A DNA stretch of 64,000 nucleotides. Source: the human T2T-CHM13v2.0 reference genome, Homo sapiens. Under the pieces are notes generated by a model. The model was not told where the DNA came from and made no database searches. It worked only from the letters and a program-made list of their open reading frames with translations. Of this stretch, positions 26,161 through 39,880 are shown piece by piece; within the stretch, counting starts at the first letter, position 1; each line of letters begins with the position of its first letter. The position numbers were made by a program, and so were the translations under genes. Where the stretch lies: the NCBI RefSeq assembly GCF_009914755.1, contig NC_060946.1, one strand, 5' to 3'.

Positions 26161-26222
26161 TGAGCCCCCATGATGACCTGATGAAATGTGTGAACCATCC
26201 CCCAGAAGGTGGCATGCTCACC

Positions 26223-26634
26223 TGTGTTGGTCTTCTAGGGCTACCATGACAGGGTGCTGTAGACCAGGGGGCTGAGAAAAAGGGAAATTTATTTGTTTAC
26301 AGGCTTGGAGGCCAGAAGTTAGAGATCAAGGTATGGGCAGGGGTGGGCTCCTTCTGAAGGCTGTAAGACAGCATATGTTCCAAGCCTCTCTCTTATCTGC
26401 CTGTGGTCCCACGGGTCCTTGGCTTGTAGATGGCTGTTTTCTCCCTGTATCTTTCCATCGTCTTTGTTCTATGTATGTCTGTGTCCAAATTCCCCCTTTT
26501 GATAAGGATATACCCCATGACCTTATCTTAGTTTGTTCATTGGCAAAGATCCTATTTCCAAATAAGGTCCCATTCCCAAGTTTGGGAGGTTAGGATTTCA
26601 ACGTCATTTTGGGGACACAATTCAACAGATAACA
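26223..26634 (-). mobile_element. MaLR solo LTR (MLT1B/C-like)
   Basis: tgtgttggtcttctagggct...gcaaagatcctatttccaaataaggtc...ggggacacaattcaacagataaca. Confidence 0.85.
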
Positions 26635-27249
26635 CCATCCAAATGCATAAGCTTGCACCTAGAATGTCAGGGGTCATGAACATATTACGGTTTATCTAGA
26701 AACCTCGAGGCAGGATTTTATTTTATTCTGAACTATTCATTAGTAATAAGAATTCATGGGTAATAAGAAAGAAGTGATAGAGAAACCAAGGCCTGAAGAG
26801 GGAAGCACATGTTCTCACAGCACCCATGAGAACATGCAAGGACTGGAACCAGGACTCCTGGGCTTTCATGGAGCATCTCATCAGGATTCCAGCCTTTGCT
26901 GAGTCCAGTTCTCCGGCACTCACAGAAGCTGAGCCTTTGAATTAGACAAGCTGAAAAAGGACTGGCGAGCCAACTTCAAGGGAGACAGAGAGAAGCTGGC
27001 AGGAGCTGTGGGTCCCTGCCGGGGGACAATCCTTCCCTGCCAGGTGAAGGAGGCTAGAGCGCTGGGAGTCAGGGGCAGGAAGGTGTCAGGTCCTGGGGAG
27101 GCCAGAGCTTGTGCAAATCAATGCAGATCCTAGGAGGCGTGGGAGAGGAAGCTCGCTCTCACAGCAAACTCCTCAGGTCACAGCGGGGTGGATTCTGGCT
27201 TCAGTTCCCATTGACCATGACCCCTGGCCATTTCAGGGAGCAGCCAGGA

Positions 27250-27630
27250 GGGGGCGAGGAACCCTCCTCTCTGCTGCCTGTGCCAGCTGCCCGTCTATAG
27301 GAAGCCAACATGTCAGCCCTCCTGCCCACCGACGCCAGCCCAGAGGTGCCAAGACACCAAGTGCAGCGGAGCCAGCTGGCAGCGTAACGGAGAGCCAACG
27401 GCCCGGCCGGCCGGCCCATCTGCTCCTCACTGCCAGCTGCGTGCCTGTGGGAGGCGGGCCGGCAGCCCATCCGAGTGGCCGAGGTGCCAGCCACCGGGTG
27501 CTCTGGGCCAGCTGGCAGGCTGACAGGACTGGCCAGCATACCCATCTGCCCGCCGGCGCCAGATGAACGTGCAGGGAAACTGTGCCCGGGGACCTCAGGG
27601 TGCCAGCCTGCCTCGGGTTCCAAGGCATCG
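27250..27630. promoter_or_regulatory. CpG-rich, E-box-dense candidate enhancer
   Basis: ~24 CpG in ~380 bp by hand; 4x GCCAGCTG and 3x CATCTG/CAGATG; no repeat recognised. Confidence 0.5.
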
Positions 27631-27786
27631 GAGACCCTGGTTCTCCTCTTCCCTCTGTCTCAACCCTTGTGAGCCCTGAGATGTTACTAACAAAGACCCA
27701 AACGAAGGCATGGGGAATCACAGAGGGGGGACAGGAAGTAACCCTTCTTGCAGGACTCCAGATCGGTGAATTTACAGGCTGTCAGG

Positions 27787-28010
27787 AGCACAGCCCATCG
27801 GTGATTAAGAGCATGGACTCTGGGGCCAGATTGCCTGGGTCCAGATTGCAGCTCTGACACTAATTAGCTGCATGACTTAGGGCAGGACTCTTAATTGTTT
27901 GTAGCCTCAGTTTTCTCACATGTAAACTGGGAAAGTAGCATCGACTTTATTGGGCTAAATGAGGAAGAAATAGAATGTGGTAAACACCCAATACCTGATG
28001 CTTATTATTA
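27787..28010 (+). mobile_element. MIR SINE
   Basis: gtgattaagagcatggactctggggccagattgcctgggt. Confidence 0.85.
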
Positions 28011-28049
28011 TCACTTACATTATTAGAATCAGATTCAAGGAGTGTTTTA

Positions 28050-28220
28050 AACTCAAGTGTGCCTCAGATATCATCTGGTCCAATTTCATCATTTTAAAGT
28101 GGAGGAATAAAGGCCCAGAGAGGAGAAGGGCCATACTCAAAGTCACAATCACGTAAGAGTCATTTGGGGTACAGAGGCTAGATTCCAGGTCTCCTGTCAC
28201 TCTCCCTAGTCTGTTGCCAT
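28050..28220 (-). mobile_element. MIR3-like SINE
   Basis: gatatcatctggtccaatttcatcatttta...aggcccagagagg. Confidence 0.65.
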
Positions 28221-29435
28221 GAAATGCTCCCCTGAAATAGAAGAGGATGGATGGAAAAGTAGGCAGGGGCCTTCCTGTCCTGCCCCAATGCACCTAAATG
28301 CCTCAGGTGCACAGCTGCCACACTCCCTGGTTAGCCCTCAGAATGCACTGCCTGATATATGAGTGTGGGTGTTTCTTTCTGAGTGTTGACATCTATACTT
28401 GTGTATCTACTGTGTGAGCATAAATGTTTGGTACTGCCAAATGGATCCAAATCTCAAGTGCCGAGACCATGTTTTATTCAGGAACATCAACCCCCACCCC
28501 CACAAAGTCACCCCTCTCGAATGCTCAGATGTCATATCCAGAAAGCCTCTGACATCCCTGAGCCCCTATGCTTAGCACAATACCTGGAATATAGACATAG
28601 CCCTGGTTCAGCTGGTGCAGCTCCTTTAATTTGATGAATCAGAACTTTTACTGTCCACCCAACAACCAATAAGAGCAAGGATCCTAATGTTTTAAATCCT
28701 TTATGCTAATCTGCAGCCCTTGGATCTCACTTAGAGCCTAGCTATTCTTGGTTTGCGCACAGTACTAACGAAGGTGGTTAGCTGACCTTCCTGTCTACAA
28801 ATTGAATTCAACAAATAAAAAGGGAGAAGGAAAAGCTGCAGGTAATAAAGGCCGATAAAGGTGGCTGGTGGTGTCTTCATGGGCATCAGAAATAGGTAGG
28901 ATTATTTGAAAGTAGCCTCACTAATGGCAAAAACTGAGCGGTCTAGGGCCATTTTGTGAAGGGGCAAAGGGGGAGACCACTTCTCATTGTACAGAGCCTT
29001 TCATTTCTCACTGGAAAATAAATGATGCTCATAATGATAGCTCTGAGATTTAGTTCAAGGGCCACTGCCCAAACTATCAAAGAGCATCGTGCATTTTACA
29101 GAGATTTTCATCCCAAACATAATTTTTAAGATGATAATTAGAGGCGATCTTCCATCAACCAGAAACCTTGGCTTTCTCAAATGACTAAGTCAGGGAAGGT
29201 TATATGCTACGGGATCCACTGCTCTTTGTGTGGATGGAGATGACAATTAGAGAATTTAAGGGAAGCAAAGGGAAAGTGGAAGGTGGAGAGGGGGATCAAT
29301 CAGGATTGCTTTGCATCCTGGACATGAATGTCAACTCTCCTTAGCTACATATGTATAGAATGGGCAGTTTTCAAAACTATTTTGCACCCATTATTCATCA
29401 TCTCATTTATTGGGATTCTTGTCGACCAAAGAGGA

Positions 29436-30174
<739 letters not shown>

Positions 30175-30604
30175 TGATGATATTGTAACTGCCACCATTC
30201 TGAGAGGGGGCCTCATATGTTCAAGATCTTGTGCCTGGCATTTGACACTCCATTTACCACCCTTTATATCTTTTTCTTTTCCCCCTCTTCCTTCTTTTTT
30301 TCTTTCTCTACCTTTTTCTTTTTCTCTCTTTCACGAGCAGTTCCATGAGCACTTTCTTACTGTAAAACATCAACATTATACACAAAACAAACCTTCCTCC
30401 TGTATATTTCCTGCCTTCATAACCACTCAATTTCTGAGCAATAATGGCTGTGATCAATTTCAAGTGGAACCTGCATCCCCCAATTTGACATGCAGTTCTA
30501 TAGTACATACAGAAAAGCCCTGAATATCCGCAAACAGGATGAAGGTTAAGCACGCTCTGAAATACCATACAATAGCTGAAAATAACCAAAGCAAATTTTT
30601 GGAA

Positions 30605-31272
<668 letters not shown>

Positions 31273-32404
31273 TAACCAAGAAACAATAAGTGAAAAAAAA
31301 ATCCATTTGCAAAAGAGGGCGCACGATATGATCCCGTTTATATAAAAACTGAATACATATATGTGGGTGCATACATGAATGTATGGCTTTCTATAACTCT
31401 TGCAACATCCCAGTACACTTTTAACAAATGACTGGTGCAGCAGAGGTGAACGGACTTTCTGTGGCTGTGGAGCTGGGTTCAAGTTCACCTCTGTCCAACA
31501 ACACAGCTTGTGCTGTATTCACAATACTTTTCTTCCTATGATAACAGAGTGAACTTTGCGTGGGGGTGGGTGAATTGGGAGAGGATTGTTTTTAAAGAGT
31601 TTGCCACCAAAAGCATCTTTTGGGGAGAACACCTGTCCCTCACTGTTTCATGCTTCTAGAAGGGAATGGGTAGCTCTATGAAGTCAGAGAAGAAAGAACT
31701 CTAGGCTGTATAAAGTATAAGCCATCACAGAGGGAGGACCCCTCCAGCACTGACGATTGAAAGACGCCTCCAATGCCTCCATTATAGGGCGACATAGTTG
31801 ACTGGTCTCTTGGTTTGGCAGTGCAAAGTCTCTTAAAAAATCTTAGCAAGTTTCAAATGCACTATGGGGCTGAGAAAAGTGCTTCAGCTGGGGCGCAGGA
31901 GACCTGGGTTGCAATCCTATCTCTGCTTCTTGCTTACTGTCTGTCCTTTCCCTACTGTGTTTTCCAACTCTGCTCACTGGGGCAGGGGTTTGGACTTGGG
32001 GAGTGGACTTGGGGAGCCAGTGGAGAGAACAACAGGTTTAGCCTTCAAAACTCAGCCTCATGTCTTACAAAATTCACGATGTGAAGCAACACACTTGATA
32101 TCTTGGAGCGTCACTTTCCTCATCCATGAAGTAGAAATGATTATTTGATGCATATCTGTCTCATGGGCAGTTACTATTTACGAGTTCTTGGTGGTGTTCT
32201 AGGCAGAGGCAATTGCAAGTGCAAAGGCCCTGTAGCATCATGCTTGATGCTGTATGACTGCCATCTCAGACAGGAAGGCACCAACTGTGGGCCACCTTGC
32301 ATTGATCACTCCACCTCTACTCATGATGATCAAGAGGACCAGAGTGGTCAAGTAACTGGCTCAAGGTTGCAGAGCTCTCCGATGACAAAGCAAGGACTGG
32401 AACC

Positions 32405-32775
32405 AGACAGGACTAAAGTGAGACAATTGTTGGACACAAAACTTAAGGGGCACCAAAAAGTTCAGTAGTCAAGATAAATAACACTAATAAAACATTACTT
32501 AAAAAAGAAAGTTAATGCAAATGAATTCCTGATGAGCAGAAGATCAACATTTTAAACCATTACAGGATGAGTATTACTGATTTCTCCATTTGCTTCAGCC
32601 TCCAAAATGTTTCTTCATAAAGCTTTTTTTAGAATTTTTAGACTTTGTTCAATGTGGATTTTTCCATTAAATTTGATTTTTAAAAATACCACATTAAAAT
32701 ATTTATTTTGGCTATTGAGGTTTCTGGTGCCCCTTAAGTTTCATGCCACTCATCTTACCCTGGTCTGGGCCCTAC
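32405..32775. mobile_element. MER96B-like palindromic hAT MITE
   Basis: inverted arms aaacttaaggggcacca (32439-32455) and tggtgccccttaagttt (32725-32741). Confidence 0.75.
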
Positions 32776-32821
32776 AGGTCTGCCAACCAGGTTGCTTTGT
32801 TCCTTCCCTGCATCTCCTCTC

Positions 32822-33780
32822 TCGTTCATTCATTCACTTACTTATTTGGTCAGTCAGCAAGTATTTTGGGAAGTCAATGATTTCAGGAACTGGGAAAATG
32901 TCAGTGTATTAGTCTGTTTTCACACTGCTAATAAAGACATACCCGAGACTGGATAATTTTTAAAGGAAAGAGATTTAATTGACTCACAGTTCCACATGTC
33001 TGGGGAGACCTCACAATCATGGTGGAAGGCAAAGGAGGAGCAAAGTCACATCTTACATGGCAGCAGGCAAGAGAGCTTGCGCAGGGGAACTCCCGTTTAT
33101 AAAACCATCAGATCTCGTGAGACTTAGTCACTACCACGAGAACAGTAAGGGGGAAACCACCCCCATAATTCAATTATCTCCACCTGGCCCTGCCCTTGAC
33201 ATGTGGAGATTATTACAATTCAAGGTGAGATTTGGGTGGAGACACAGCCAAACCATATCAGTCAGTAAACAAGATAGTCATTGTATCTGCTCTCCTGAAA
33301 CTCATAGTCTAGTTGGGGAGACAGATATGATTCAAATAATCACATAAACCAATGTAAAAGTAGAAATGTGGAAATAGAACAAAGGGGCAGTTATGGGGGC
33401 ATTGACCAAGAGAGGCAGTCAGGGAAGGCTTCCCTGAGGAGGTGGTGTTCAGGTGAGATGGAATTAACCAGCTGGGGGTGGATTGAAGATACGTGGCTAA
33501 GAATGATCTAGGCAGAGGAAACAGCAGGTGCAAGGGTCCTGTGGCAGGATCAAGATCGTGGAGACTTCTAGAAACACAAAAGAAGCCAGTGCAGCTGGCA
33601 TGCTCAGTGCCAGGAAGAGCAGGGGGCAAGACAGGGATGGAGAAGTGGGCCTGCAGACACAGTGGGGAAGGATTTGATCTCTGGTCCAAGGACAATAGGG
33701 AGCCTTGGGAGGGTTTCGAGCTGAGAAGTGACATGATTAGGTTTGCTCTTTGGAGCGATGCCCCTGGCTGCTGGGTAGAA
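32822..33780 (-). mobile_element. L2 LINE fragment interrupted by THE1
   Basis: ttcattcattcac start; cagggaaggcttccctgaggaggtg and gcaagggtcctgtggcagga. Confidence 0.75.
32905..33260 (-). mobile_element. THE1 (THE1C/B-like) solo LTR
   Basis: tgtattagtctgttttcacactgct...gacacagccaaaccatatca, 356 bp; 5-bp TSD gtcag at 32900-32904 and 33261-33265. Confidence 0.93.
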
Positions 33781-33799
33781 GGTAGGCTGGCATTGTGGA

Positions 33800-34055
33800 T
33801 AGATCCCAGACTCCCTAGGTTTCTAGTCCAGCTTCCCCCTTGCTTGTGGTGTGACTGTGGGCAAGTTACAGAGCAGTTGCTTTCTCTGTGAAGCACTTGC
33901 TTCTGAAAAGCACTTGCTTTTTAGTTCACTCATCTGTAAAATGGGTTACCAGCCTCTTAAAGTTGTTGAGAAGATTAAATGAGATATGCGTTGGTCTCCT
34001 AGAATAACGCTGGCATAGGGTTAGCATTCTATAAATGTTGCCATGATTATTATTA
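33800..34055 (+). mobile_element. MIR SINE
   Basis: ctcatctgtaaaatggg...gttgttgagaagattaaatgagata. Confidence 0.75.
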
Positions 34056-34597
34056 CAGATGATAGATTTGGGGACAAAATAGAAGACAGTGAGAGATCAG
34101 CTCCTGCCCTCAGCCCCAGGGGTGGCTCAGTCCATCTTCTCTGCCTGAAGTTCGTGGCTCCCCTCATTAGAAAGTGGCTGTTCTTTCTTCTGTGTGCTCT
34201 CTGGAGGAGAGGGCATGGTGGAGGCTGCAGGAATGCTGTGAAGGTCTTAAAAGAAATTATAGCCTGCATAAAAATATTCACTCCAGTGGAGGGCCTTAAA
34301 CCATTCCCTTGGGCATTGAACAGTGACTGAGAGTATATTACTGTGCACTTAAGGCGACTGCAGCCACCCAAGGTCAGAGAGAACGGAAGGGAAGCACTTA
34401 AGCATGGAAGTACCCCTAAGTAGGAGCATCCTTCCCAGAGCTGTTCCTCTCCTCCATCTGCCAATGTCTCATCAGTCCCCTCCTTATCACCAATCCCAAG
34501 AAAAAGAGCAGTCACTGAGATTCCTTAGGGAGGTAAGGGAAGGAGAGAGGAAAGAGGATGAGCCCGGGCTGGGAACAAGAGAGTGTCCCAATTTTAG

Positions 34598-34903
34598 GGT
34601 TCGGTGGCTCATGCCTATAATCCCAGCACTTTGGGGGCCTGAGACGGGTGGATCGCAAGAGGCCGAGAATTTGAGACCTGCCTGGCCAGCATGGCGAAAC
34701 CACATCTCTGCTAAAAATACAGAAATTAATGGGGCATGGTGGTACATGTTTGTAATCCCAGCTGCTAGAGAGGCTGAGGCAGGAGAATTGCTTGAACTAG
34801 GGAGGTGGAGGTTGCAGTGTGCTGACATTGCACCACTGAACTCCAGCTTGGGTGACAGAGTGAGACTCCATCTCAAAAACAAACAAACAAACAAATAAAC
34901 AAA
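34598..34903 (+). mobile_element. Alu (old AluS/J) with (CAAA)n tail
   Basis: ggtggctcatgcctataatcccagcactttgg...gagtgagactccatctc; imperfect TSD agagt(g/a)tccca. Confidence 0.93.
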
Positions 34904-35554
34904 GAGTATCCCAGTCTTAGCCATGATCTAGGAAGAGTTACTTAAAACCTCAGATCTCAGAAGCATCAACTGTAAAATGGGACCTGCCACCTGCTTAGGA
35001 CCAGGCCACCTGCTTTGTTCTAATTTCAGCTAAGGCTGAATGAAGAATCCCAGCCTGGAATGCCACGTAGAAAGGGCTCAAAAATGATCCTTTGTCCTTC
35101 TTGTTGCTTTTTTTCTTTATTCCCAAGACATTCTTTTTTCTCTCCTAAACTCTAGGTGACTTTACTTCTTGGCAAGTTTCATAACCTCAGCGAGCCTCAG
35201 TTTGCTCATCTTAAAAGTGGATATAGTAACTGTAAGGACTTACTGGTGGATTGTGAGGATTAATGAATCATTTCGAGCTGTTGCATGCTGAGAGCAGGGA
35301 GACTGCATCTCACCTGTCTTGATAGGTTTTGTCTCTTCACAGTATGAAGGCAGCAGCAGGTAGATGCCATCTTCACCTACTTACTCCCGTGCAGTATTTT
35401 CTGCTCACGGTCTCAGCAGTGTGGAATCATAGGTAGTCCTGGATCTTAGCAGGTCCGTGAATCAGTCCTCTGAAGTCATGCACACAAACTCATCATGTCC
35501 TTAGAGAGAGGCCAGAAACAGGTCCCTGGCATCCCAAAGAACAAAGGAGCATGG

Positions 35555-35790
35555 TATCACAGGGAAAGGTGCTCTGGGCCAGGACTCAGAATCCAGATGT
35601 GGGCTCTCACTGGCCCGGGGTCAGACTCTTTAGCTAGTTGTTCTGGCCTCATTTTTGTCACTGAGAAACAATGGGTTAAGCAAGGGGGAAGAACGGAGCG
35701 TGCTTCATAGGGTTATTGTGAGAGGTAAGCAGGACAATGCATCTGAAATGCTTAGCACATAGTAGGAACACCAAATCTATTAGCTTGTTT
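35555..35790 (+). mobile_element. MIR SINE
   Basis: catagggttattgtgag...aatgcttagcacatagtagg. Confidence 0.65.
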
Positions 35791-35974
35791 TCCTCTTTCC
35801 TTGGGGTAGAGCTACATTTTGTGCAATATGCATCACACTTCCGTTTGCTCTCTGACCAGTATAAAAATTAAAAAATATATATATGTATATATTCACACAC
35901 AGATATATATATTCATCAAGAGAGACTAAATAAAGAAGAAAACTATGCTCACTGGCTAGTAGAAAGATCCGTCA

Positions 35975-36462
<488 letters not shown>

Positions 36463-37204
36463 GGGGCTGGGGCAGGGAATTAAAAACTGCAGTAGCCAGT
36501 CTCTAAGAGCTCCTCTAACTCGTGAAAGTTGATGCCTCTATTTTAGCTGTTTCATTTGCCTTTTTTTTCAATAACTCCTCTACGTAACTCTTCTTCATTT
36601 TTGTCTGTGCTTGTCTTGATGCGGTTCACAATCATGGTTTTATTGACCTTGTTTTCGTGTTACAAAATCACTCTGTGTTTGTGATTTGTTTCATGGTATT
36701 TCTCAAGAAGTGGCTTCAATCCCCTCTGGGATAGGCACATTACTATGTACCACAGGGCAGGCCAGGCTGCAGGAGGAGCTTGCAGTCCTGGAGGCTTCTG
36801 GCTCTCCTCTCACCCCGCTGCCCGCCCCTCAGTGATTAGTTGGAATCCAAGACAGCAATACAAGATGTGTCGTTGGTGGGAGTGATGGAGTGCCTGCTGA
36901 GTGGGCCGCAGATAAGCACCGTGATTTCGGAGGACGCTTCATCATTTCGCCGTAAGAACATGTTAACGGGTGATTGTTTGAATGTCTCCAGCTAATAGGA
37001 TATTATTCATAACACTCTGGCTAGTTGGAATGGAAGATGATAAGAAATTAAATCCTTAATGGCTTTCTTTAAGGGAGGACTTTTCCCAGGGGAACCGGGA
37101 ACCCTGGGAAATCGCTCCATGTACCCTGGCAATATCTATACGGAGAGAATTGGCTTTAAATGAACCTCTGAGGGTTACACAAAGGGTAAAAGAAAGAGAA
37201 CAAA

Positions 37205-37400
37205 AAGCAATTGACATTAACCGGGTCCCTACTACGTGCCAAGTACTTAGACACTTTACATACATCACGTTACTTCATCCTGGCCCTGTCTCTGTTGTGA
37301 CAAGGCACTATTAAGCTCATTTCAGAACTGGGGAAACTGAGGCACACAGAGGTGAGCTGACTTGGCCAAGGTCTCATTTCTGGTGCTGGAGTCACGATTT
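37205..37400 (-). mobile_element. MIR SINE
   Basis: ggggaaactgaggcacacagaggtgagctgacttggccaaggtc. Confidence 0.8.
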
Positions 37401-38289
37401 ACATTCTAAAGCAATATTCTTCTCGTGAAATGAATTATGGAGAGAGAAGTTGTCTGGGAGAAGTAGCCCTCACATGCAATTTGAAAGGTGGAGAAGCCAT
37501 AGTAGCATAGAGGTAGCTGCAGCAGGTGCAGAGGGAAGGCGAGGGTTGTGCAGGTGGCTTCTATTGATGCCTGGGAATCATCTATTTCCTGGATACCTGC
37601 AGCCAACATTACCCATGAATATTTCCTGCGGTCCCTGAGCTTCCGCATTTCCTGGAAGCTTTTCTGAGCTTTGCTCTCCCTGTCTTTCCAACAAGTAAGG
37701 AAGCTTCTGACTCTATGTATCAAATCCCCTCCTGCTTGAAATACTGAGAAGAATGACAGAACCCTGCTTGCAAAGTACCCTGCGTAAGCATTACACACAT
37801 GCATGGCACACACACACACATACTCAACTCACAAAGGTAAATTCCCAAGAATAGAATTACAGGTCACACATGTTGGGGACATAAGATATTACAATGATAA
37901 CAGTAACAGTATGGTTTTTTTTTCCAACATGGAAACCATTTCTGGAACAATTTCTACAAGCCTGGGAAGAAAGAGACCACACTACTTTTTACCAACAACT
38001 GCTTTTTACACATAATGAAATCCTCCTTCTAGATAAACAGGACAGAAATGGTGGTGAAATTCTTCAACAAGCAAGATTCACTTTCAGTGGGAACTCACCA
38101 TAGCAACTGGCTGCAAATATTTAAAAGTGAATGCGATTTTTGTTTGTTTGTTTTGATTTTTGCAGGGTACAAAATATCCAATATGTTCCCAGCCTCCCCA
38201 CTCTTCTTCCTTCAGGTCTCATCAGCTCCCACAGTGAAAGCCAGCTTGGTTTTCCATTTGCAAAGTTCACAATTCACCCAGCCATGAGC

Positions 38290-38645
38290 TGTGCCTTTAA
38301 CCACTGGTAAATTGTTTCCTGACAGCCCTTGCTACAATTTTCTCCCCTGACATTTGATTTACATATGATCTTTAAGCACTGCCATGGCGGTAATAGCGAT
38401 TTGGTTAATATTCCATGCGCTCCCCCATGCCCCGCACCTTGCAGGGCCATTTCATTGCTGCAGTGTGGCAAAATGCATGTACCAAATAAATGTATTGCTA
38501 ATGAAATAAACTGATTATGGGGAAGAATCAATTGCCCTGCTGCCGGGATGAGGCACCAGGAGTTAATTTTGTCTGGATCTGCAAGGGTAGCTGTTAATAG
38601 AATAGGCTTTTTACCTAATTGGAGGCAAAGTAAATGAAGTACAGT
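38290..38645. promoter_or_regulatory. candidate developmental enhancer with MEIS and PBX-HOX motifs
   Basis: TGACAG 38320, TGACAT 38348, TGATTTAC 38355, several TAAT cores; repeat-free. Confidence 0.4.
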
Positions 38646-38859
38646 AATATTCCATGATGCATTGGATGAATTTACTTCATTTTCTCTTAGTCTTGCTTGA
38701 TGAGTGTTTACAGCACAATAGAATTTATGGTCTCTCTCCTCTATTTTTCTTTTCTTTCCCTGTTCTTCATTCTTTCTGTTTATTCCCTTTACATCTCATT
38801 TTCTTTTCTTTCTTCTTCCCTCCTTCCCTTTTGTCCTTCTTTCTATTCATTCACCCTCG

Positions 38860-38961
38860 TCCACCCACCCATCCATCCATCCATCCATCCTTCCACTCGT
38901 ATCTATCCACCCACTTATGTATACATCCATCCATCCATCCATCCATCCATTTCTTCATCCA
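38860..38961. repeat. (CCAT)n microsatellite
   Basis: ccatccatcc runs. Confidence 0.9.
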
Positions 38962-39654
38962 GCTAAGAAATCAGGGTCTCAAATACAAATGTCTCCAGGA
39001 AACAGTAATATAAATGAGAAAATCTTGGTGAATCCTGTGGCAAAAGGGAACCGTCACTATCCTTCTCCTCCTCCTCATCAACATCAATATATCTGTCATT
39101 TATTGAATGTGTCCATTCATCTTCCATTCTTTCAACATTTACTGAAGCCTGACTATGCTAGTTAAGACCTGATTGGCTTCTGTGGATATGACCAAAGAAA
39201 ACAGTGTTGCTGAAAACTCCTTTACATCAATCTGTGTATCTGGCTAATACCTAGCCTCTTACCCAGGGACTTTTCTTTCTCTTCTCCTGATGAACACATT
39301 GAAATTCTGCTGCAACAAGTGTGCTTGCTTGCCAAGGGCTGGAACCAATAGGTGTTAGGTGAAGGGTGGTCAGATCAGTGGTATCAGGAGTAGGAGGCGT
39401 CACTAAAAATCTTAAAGAGAAGGATCTAGGCACATTCAAGCATTTCAGACTTTTTTCCTAGTGCGAAGTCATGCATGGGAGATCAGATACCAGGGGAAAG
39501 AACAGAACATGGCTTACTGAATGGAGAGGTCATGAGTTAGGGGAGGTCATGAGTTAGGGGCCGAGGCCTAGGGCAGCTCCAGGGACAGCCTCAAGGCCTT
39601 TAATCTGGGCAAATCTGACCTCGTAAAACAACTCCTAAGATACTCTCTCCAATA

Positions 39655-39880
39655 GCAATAATCCTAAATGGCATTTACTGAACACCTACTGTATACAGAA
39701 CATTGTTCTTTCCATATGTTATCTCATTGAATCCTACAGCGAGCTTTCAAGAGGTGAATCCTGTTATCCAGCTCTGGATGAGGAAAGAGACTCAGATTCA
39801 AAGAACATCGTGCCATGTTATGCAAGGTCACATGACTGATAAGAAGCAGGATTAGGATTGGAACTCAGGATTTAGAGCCC
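39655..39880 (-). mobile_element. MIR SINE
   Basis: catttactgaacacctactgt...caaggtcacatgact...ggattggaactcagg. Confidence 0.75.

Noticed and set aside
27111-27721. Overlapping 140-160 aa ORFs in the GC-rich island
   Set aside because: Open on both strands because high GC depletes stops; no recognisable protein similarity
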